NCBI GenBank assembly: GCA_052055015.1 | Contig: JBQJIT010000021.1 | Length of the DNA: 62,192 bases | DNA from: Malassezia furfur | Lineage: Eukaryota | Reading direction: 5' to 3' (one strand) | Part shown: one piece after another, positions 54,935 to 62,192 of the stretch | Layout of the letters: every line of letters begins with the position of its first letter | Position numbering within the stretch: the first letter of the stretch is position 1 | Program-made: the position numbers and the translations under genes | Notes under the pieces: generated by a model | Told to the model about the DNA's origin: nothing | What the model saw: the letters and a program-made list of their open reading frames with translations, nothing else | The model's database searches: none

Positions 54935-55475
54935 TGTAGAGGGTATGCTAAACAGAGGGACTGTAGACACAACAGAATAGGCCGCAAAATGAGCGATGGC
55001 CTATATACGTTTCCCGTCCGCGCGCGCGGCGCGCCAACGACGCGTCCGCCTGCCCGGCCAGGCGTAGAATCGAGCGCATTCCCCGTATTTTGCGCGATCT
55101 GCAACGCAAAATCATGGCCCAGATCACAATGTCCACAATTATTGTCCACAACTATAGGCAATATGTGGACATAAACGTGTGGTCGTCCACCTCCACTCAG
55201 GCGCGCCTTGGTAAGTGTGGACACTAATCCACTTTAGACCAATCCTATTGCGCATTTAGATGTGTATCCTGTGGACTCGAAATCACGCGGGTGTGATTTC
55301 GATGCGCGGCGCGCCCACGGTCTGATCGGGTGTGACCAAATGGGCGAGACGCCGTGCTCGCTCGGGCAGCACCACGCCGTGGCTGATCTCGCCAGGTCAT
55401 AATAAAAGGGACGGGTTTCTACTCTCCGCTCGGTTCCGTCCTGTAAGACACTCGTCTCATTTTCCTTCAATAACA
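54935..55475. promoter_or_regulatory. Divergent H2B-H2A promoter with clustered GTCCAC(A) motifs and TATA-like elements
   Basis: Lies between head-to-head histone genes. TATATA is at about 55002 and CATAATAAAA at about 55398. Six GTCCAC/GTGGAC copies fall in 55130-55276. Confidence 0.75.
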
Positions 55476-55927
55476 ATGTCTGGTGGCAAGTCTGGTGGTA
55501 AGGCGGGTGACGCTTCCTCGTCCAAGACCCAATCGCGTTCGGCTAAGGCCGGCCTGCAGTTCCCTGTGGGTCGTATCCACCGTCTGCTCCGTAAGGGCAA
55601 CTACGCCCAGCGTGTCGGTGCCGGTGCTCCTGGTATGTATTCTTTCTTCTGTTATGGGATGCTAACCCTACAGTGTACCTTGCCGCTGTCCTTGAGTACC
55701 TCGCTGCTGAGATTCTCGAGCTGGCTGGCAACGCTGCCCGTGACAACAAGAAGTCGCGTATCATTCCCCGTCATCTGCAGCTGGCCATCCGCAACGATGA
55801 AGAGCTTAACAAGCTTCTCGGCGGTGTGACGATCAGCCAGGGTGGTGTGCTTCCCTTCATCCAGAGCGAGCTGCTCCCCGCTAAGAGTGGCAAGTCCAAG
55901 AAGGCGGTCGGCTCGCAGGAGATCTAA
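55476..55927 (+). CDS. HTA1: Histone H2A (C-terminal SQEI, gamma-H2A type); intron 55633-55673
   Basis: [60 protein letters not shown]...SQEI*. Confidence 0.98.
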
Positions 55928-56014
55928 GGCTTCCATACCATCTATATTGGCCGACGACTTTGTGCTCTGTTCTGTAGACACACTAGCTGTACTTCTATCC
56001 CCTTTTTGCTTTAG

Positions 56015-57041
56015 CTACAGGCGCGGTGCTGGTCCGGTCGGCTGCACACGCGGTCGGATGCGGTATCCGCGCAATCGCTGTGAGCCAAAAAAGGCATGGC
56101 GGAGCATGGTGGCATGCGTCGGCTGCTCTGTCTGCCATACACTGTAGTCGGGTAAGTGCCCGTAAGCGATTGTAGCTGCGCGAATAAGGATTTCGCTGCA
56201 GGTAAGCGCAACCGTGGTCAGGCGGCGTACCTCGTGAGTCCGCGAATCGGATTGCGGGCATCCCAGAACGTATGTCGCCGTAGACGCTCGCCAAGCCAGT
56301 ACACCTCGTAGACAGAATGCCATCTACTCTCGTTCTCGTCGGCATCGGGGGTGGGGCCGGGCTCGTTTTGGTGGCCGTTTGGTATAGTTTGGACGGGGCG
56401 GCTCTCTGGCTCGTCGACGTGCATCACGCGCTCAAGTTCGGCAGGTGGCTCATGATAGAGGAAGGCCTCGAGTGGGACCGAGAAGATGCGCGCCACCTCT
56501 TTCTTGTTCGGCGTCACCTGCATGAGCGTATGGCACGTACGCGTGGTTGGCTCTCTGGTAAGAGCACCACGAACGGTGACACGGCCAATTCGTTGGCGGA
56601 CAAGAATTCCTCCATTTTGCACATGCGTGCAATCTCTGGGTGGTCCTTGGACAGTCCGATCTCTTCGGATGCTTCGCGCCGCTGCTGTCAACAGCGATGG
56701 ACGTACGGCTGTTTGTTCGATGCCCAGGTCGCCTAGCTCGAATCGGCCACCGGGAAGCGCTGTGTCCCCTCCGTGGGAAGACAATCGGCTTGATCTCTGC
56801 GTCAAGAGAACATAGAGTCGCCCGTCGTCCCCGACGAAGAGGGGCAGTACGACCCCTGCGCTTCTGTATGCGGGGATGTGCGCTGCAACCGCAGGGTCGA
56901 GAGTCTCGGTGGGGCTAGGGGTATACTGGCTTAGCCGTATAAGTGCCTGCTGCGTCTCTGGCGTGGCGCGGGTGAGAAGACCGCGAGGGATGCCGCGGCT
57001 GGGTCAGCGCTATTGGCTGCGTACGCGTGAAGACGATCCAT
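56015..57041 (-). CDS. PCD1: Nudix CoA pyrophosphatase (Pcd1/NUDT7-like), probably peroxisomal; introns 57024-56999, 56706-56682, 56540-56518, 56230-56196
   Basis: Spliced product has SAGVVLPLF...VLLTQRSSRLSSHGGDTALPGG (CoA motif), Nudix box GRFELGDLGIEQTA|RREASEEIGL, EVARIFSVPL and IRGLTSEILI. It ends in PRL (PTS1-like). Confidence 0.85.
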
Positions 57042-57105
57042 TCGGGGGGCGTTGTGGGGTACGTGTGGAGGCGGTGCGATACTCAAATTCGGCCCATTTT
57101 GGTGG

Positions 57106-58389
57106 ATGAGCCAGAGGCCCGATGTTGTGTACCAATGCTTGGGCACTTTGCTGGCCACGGAACACGCGCACGTGGGTGCCCCACTCGCGCAACACGCCGA
57201 ACAGCTCGTTCGCCGCGTTCAGACCAACGGTGAGAATGCAGCGGCCCATGGCGACTTTTTCGACTACGTGATCCAAGTGTGTACGATCGTGTTTGCACGC
57301 CGCTGCGAAGACCAGTTCCTTGTATACCCCTACAGCGAGGTCCCTGTCGCTTGGCGGCGCCTCTATACCCATGCAGCACTGCTTCGTGCGTGTGCAGCAC
57401 TGCTGCGCGCGCAGGCGGAGCCCGACTTGCCGCGTGCATTCTGGCGAGAGCAGATCCGTGCGCTGGACATGGCGCTCATCGCGTCAGACTCAACCCAAGA
57501 TATACACCAAAAACTCGTGCATGACATGCTTGCGGCACTACAGGACCAACATGGTCCGAGCAGCCCCTGCGGCCAGAAACGGCACCTGCGCGACACGGAC
57601 TGTCGCCCCACCGCCCACCCACCTCTACATACGGCAATTCCCGAGCGGTCTCAACCGACCGAGGCAGAGTTTGAGAGACTCGCAGCGGAAGGGGCTTCAG
57701 GAACTCCCTTTATCGTACGTGGCTACGCCCGGCACTGGCGCGCCCTGCAGCCACCCACGTCCCCGCGATGGGCTGACGCTGCCTACCTGGCGGGCCGTGC
57801 CGGACCTGGCCGCGTGGTGCCTATCGAGACGGGCGCACGGTATACGGACCGAGACTGGGGCCAAACCGTGATGCCCTTCGACGAGTTCCTCGATCGGATT
57901 GGATGGGGGGAGATCGAAGACGTGGCCGGGGAGAAGTTGTATCTGGCGCAGCACACACTGCTCACCCAGTTCCCCTGGCTCGCGGAGGACCTCGAAGTGC
58001 CGACGTACGTACGCACGACACATGCGACGCACCGCGGCGCCGCACCGATCACGAGCGTTTGGCTCGGCCCCTACGGCACCGTATCGCCGCCGCACACGGA
58101 TGCGTACTACAACTGTTACGTGCAAGTGGTGGGCGCCAAGTGGGTGTGGCTTGCGCCGCGCGATGCCGACCGGGGCGGCGCGATGGCGGCCTGGCGAACG
58201 GACGCGGCCGAGTCGTATGCGGGTCTGATGCACAACACGTCGCGCCGCGACGTCTGGGCAACGCCCACGTGTGTGGACGGCGCCATGCAGGCCGTGCTCC
58301 AACCTGGCGACATGCTCTACCTCCCACCGCGCTGGTGGCACGCGATGCACAGCCTGAGCCGCAGTTTCTCGGTGTCATTTTGGTTTTAG
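57106..58389 (+). CDS. JmjC-domain 2-oxoglutarate oxygenase, JMJD5/KDM8-like
   Basis: Motifs: EVPVAWRRLYT, LDMALI, RVVPIETGARYTDRDWGQTVM, YLAQHTL, WLGPYGTVSPPHTD (HxD) and LQPGDMLYLPPRWWH. Confidence 0.9.
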   Translation: MSQRPDVVYQCLGTLLATEHAHVGAPLAQHAEQLVRRVQTNGENAAAHGDFFDYVIQVCTIVFARRCEDQFLVYPYSEVPVAWRRLYTHAALLRACAALLRAQAEPDLPRAFWREQIRALDMALIASDSTQDIHQKLVHDMLAALQDQHGPSSPCGQKRHLRDTDCRPTAHPPLHTAIPERSQPTEAEFERLAAEGASGTPFIVRGYARHWRALQPPTSPRWADAAYLAGRAGPGRVVPIETGARYTDRDWGQTVMPFDEFLDRIGWGEIEDVAGEKLYLAQHTLLTQFPWLAEDLEVPTYVRTTHATHRGAAPITSVWLGPYGTVSPPHTDAYYNCYVQVVGAKWVWLAPRDADRGGAMAAWRTDAAESYAGLMHNTSRRDVWATPTCVDGAMQAVLQPGDMLYLPPRWWHAMHSLSRSFSVSFWF

Positions 58390-58423
58390 ACGATGTTCAA
58401 AGCAATGCCCTACATGTTCCCGA

Positions 58424-59585
58424 TTACAGGTTTTCCAGCACCGCCGCAGTGAACTGCTGCGTAGTCGACGAGCCGCCCATGTCCACGGTGCGGACTTTGC
58501 CGTCCTTGATCGTGCGGTACACGGCCGCAGCAATCTGGTTCGCCTGGTAGTCGAGACCAAAGTGACGGAGCATCATGGTAGCGCTCAGGATCATGGCCGT
58601 GGGGTCGGCCTTGTTGGTGCCCATGATATCCTTGGCGACGTGACGGCAGCCCGGCTCGTACAGGGCATAGTCGCGGCCGATGTTAGCACCCGGCACCGTA
58701 CCCGGGCCACCAACGAGTGCGGCACCAATGTTCGACACGATGTTGCCGTACAGGTTGGGCATGACCATCACGTCGAACTGCTGGGGCTTGCCGACGAGCT
58801 GCATCGAAGTGTTGTCGACGATCATGTCGTTGGCCTTGATGCCGTAGACCTTGTACTCCTCGGCCACACGGCGGAAGGTGTTGAGGAAGAGACCGTCACC
58901 GAGCTTCATAATGTTGGCCTTGTGCACGCACGTCACCGTCTTGCGGTTGTTCTTCAGCGCAAAGTCGAAAGCGAAGCGCGAGATGCGTTCGGCCTTGAAG
59001 CGCGTCGAGACCTTCAGCGACTCGACGATGCCGGGCGACGGCGAGTGCTCGAGACCACTGTACTCGCCCTCGGTGTTCTCACGAATGATGGTAAAGTCGA
59101 CGTCCTTGTGACGCGTGGGAAGGCCCTCGAGCGACTTGCAGAACACCATCGAGGCATAGATATCGAGCTTTTGGCGCATTGCCACGTTCCACGAGTTGTG
59201 CGAGCCAGCGCCCGTGGGGGTGAAGAGCGTGCCCTTGAGGCCGACCTTGTTGCGCCGCAGGCTCTCCATGGCCTCCTGGAACTGCTTTTCGTTGCCCTGC
59301 ATCTCGCCCGAGAGGTCGTACTGCTCCCACTCGACGGGCACGTTGAGCGTGTCGAAGATCTCCTTCACCGAGTCGGTAATCTCCTTGCCGACACCATCAC
59401 CGGGGATCAGCGTCGCGGTGTACACGCCTCCGTACTTGGTCGGGCCCTTGCTGAGCAGGGGGGTCTGGGCGGTCAACGTCGAGACGGAACGAATGGCCTG
59501 GGTCAGCGAATACGCAACATACCTGCTTCTGCGCCATGCTGGCACCAGCGAGAGCCGATCGCGAGACCTTGGAAAGCGCGCTCAT
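58424..59585 (-). CDS. IDH1: NAD-dependent isocitrate dehydrogenase regulatory subunit 1; intron 59522-59498
   Basis: Presequence MSALSKVSRSALAG, then KYGGVYTATLIPGDGVGKEI, SWNVAMRQKLDIYA, MPNLYGNI and EPGCRHVAKDI (regulatory-subunit signature). Confidence 0.95.
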
Positions 59586-59826
59586 CCTGCCAATGCACGG
59601 GTGTAGTGGTGGGTTGGATAAAAATTGTGCACAACGCCGCTGACCTGAGCCCGGCGGCAATCCGCGACCTCAGTGGCCCACGCGGCCACTTTGGCGTGCA
59701 GGATTCGTGCACGTCGGCCGAGTGGTAGATACCCGTCTGAACCGCGGAAACCCCTGCGGCGTTGTGCGGCGTTGTGCAAAAAATTAACGCTCGGTCCTCA
59801 CTCGCTACCACTGCTTTGCTCGCGCC

Positions 59827-60966
<1,140 letters not shown>

Positions 60967-61347
60967 ATGCATCTTCCGCGTGGGTAGTAGCATAGCCAGT
61001 ATGCGCTCGACAGACTATGGCCAGAGCACGGCGCAAGCCGCCATGTCATGCGCACCGTGCTTGGGTATCATACGTACAGGATATTGTTGAGGGGATGGGG
61101 GACAGGGGCACAGGGATTGGCCGGGCGTTCGGTCACGGTTCGATCCGCGGCGCGGTACAGCGCGCCACACCGTCGCGCTGCTGATACGCGCGACACGCAT
61201 GCCATAGCTAAACGCAAGCATCTTGCGGGGCGCAAAGGGCTTGGACCTCGTCATAGGTGGGGGAGGGTAGGAGCAGGTTGTGGGTGTGTTGCTGGCGACT
61301 ACAACGCTAATTTGGGCAAGAACTTGCGCGCGCAAAACAAGGGTGCC

Positions 61348-62192
61348 TTACTCATCGTCGCGACGCGGCGCCGTGTCCGCGTATCGGTCTTGCGTTCCCC
61401 GCTCATCACGGTAGCTAACGCGCTCGCGGTCGTCATCACGGTACCCACTCGGGCTGCGCGAACGCGCACGAGGCGGAGGCGACGACCCACGCACGGGACT
61501 GGCGCCACGACGCCAATCGGGCGCATCGGACGGCGCACCGCGACGGTGCCCGCGCGGCTCGCCGCGGTCGTCCCGAGCACGGGGATGATCACTGTACCGA
61601 TCGCGCGGGAACCGGTCGTCACGGCCGCGTGCATAGCGGTCGTCGCGGCCACCGTAACGGTCACCGCCGTAGCGGTCGTCGCGGTCGCGCGGGTAGCGGT
61701 CGCGGTCATCGCGGTCACGAGGGTAACGGTCGCGGTCGTAGTCGTCGCGGTCGCGCGGGTACCGTTCGTAGCGGTCGTCCCGACGGTCCCGGCCATAGCC
61801 CCCACGGCCGTAGCCGCGGTCGTAGCCGCGGTCGTAGCCGCGGTCGTAGCCGCGGTCGTCGCGATCGCGGCCGCGGTCACCGGGCGCATACGCACTGCCA
61901 CGGTACGAGCTGCCCGTACGCGGTGGGCGGTCGTCCACGGGCCGCGGGTTGCCGCGGTACTCACCCGGCGTCGGGTCGTGCGCACGCGACGTGCTCGAAA
62001 AGTCGACGCGGATGCGCCGGCCGTGCAGGTCGAGATCATTGAGCTGCTTCACAGCCTCGCTCGCGCTCTCCACATCGCGCATCGTCACAAACCCGAAGCC
62101 GCGCGAGCGCCCCGTGCGCGCGTCGTACACAATCACCACCTTCTCGACCGGCCCAATCCGGCCAAACTCGTCCTCAAGGTCGCGCTCCGTCG
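61348..62192 (-). CDS. Transformer-2-like RRM splicing factor with RD/RS-rich tail (5'-truncated by window end)
   Basis: RRM segment ERDLEDEFGRIGPVEKVVIVYDARTGRSRGFGFVTM...GRRIRVDFS followed by the Tra2 linker RAHDPTPGEYRG. Confidence 0.85.
   Translation of the reverse strand, partial: TERDLEDEFGRIGPVEKVVIVYDARTGRSRGFGFVTMRDVESASEAVKQLNDLDLHGRRIRVDFSSTSRAHDPTPGEYRGNPRPVDDRPPRTGSSYRGSAYAPGDRGRDRDDRGYDRGYDRGYDRGYGRGGYGRDRRDDRYERYPRDRDDYDRDRYPRDRDDRDRYPRDRDDRYGGDRYGGRDDRYARGRDDRFPRDRYSDHPRARDDRGEPRGHRRGAPSDAPDWRRGASPVRGSSPPPRARSRSPSGYRDDDRERVSYRDERGTQDRYADTAPRRDDE
61809..61856. repeat. Coding tandem repeat, 4 x 12 bp (CGTAGCCGCGGT) encoding DRGY repeats
   Basis: Four exact consecutive 12-mers inside the Tra2-like CDS. 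Confidence 0.9.

Noticed and set aside
61680..61860. Short direct repeats suggestive of a CRISPR array or satellite
   Set aside because: Contiguous in-frame coding repeats without spacers, in a eukaryotic gene.

Overview
Gene-dense, GC-rich eukaryotic DNA from a basidiomycete yeast, most likely Malassezia. This is inferred from the very short intergenic spacers, Ustilaginomycotina-like proteins and ultra-short GT-AG introns. I reconstructed about 36 protein-coding genes and 2 intron-containing tRNA genes (Asp-GTC, Arg-CCT). Recognised genes include CSN6, MCM3, Rab11, PEX4, BCK1, MTR10, VPS4, phospholipase D, a citrate/2-methylcitrate synthase, HEM4, a PQ-loop transporter, BET1, a rhomboid protease and IWR1. 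The rest include a C2H2 factor, a LIM protein, a StuA-type APSES factor, RXT2, an alpha/beta hydrolase, FKS1, ERG5, a Ran1-like kinase, a BTG/Tob-domain protein, TFB4, cyclin L, VPS24, H2B/H2A, PCD1, a JMJD5-like protein, IDH1/IDH2 and a Tra2-like protein. No mobile elements, rRNA or CRISPR were seen. The most notable observations are: 33 hand-reconstructed introns with a median length of 26 nt (minimum 21-22 nt); a VPS4 start codon split by an intron whose retention gives ATG-TAG; a rhomboid gene whose unspliced form is still a full ORF; a fungal BTG/Tob protein; a clustered TGTCCACA motif in the histone H2A/H2B promoter; head-to-head IDH1/IDH2; and a tRNA intron carrying a perfect 14-bp E-box palindrome. 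All calls come from manual reading and recalled family motifs; no database search was run.
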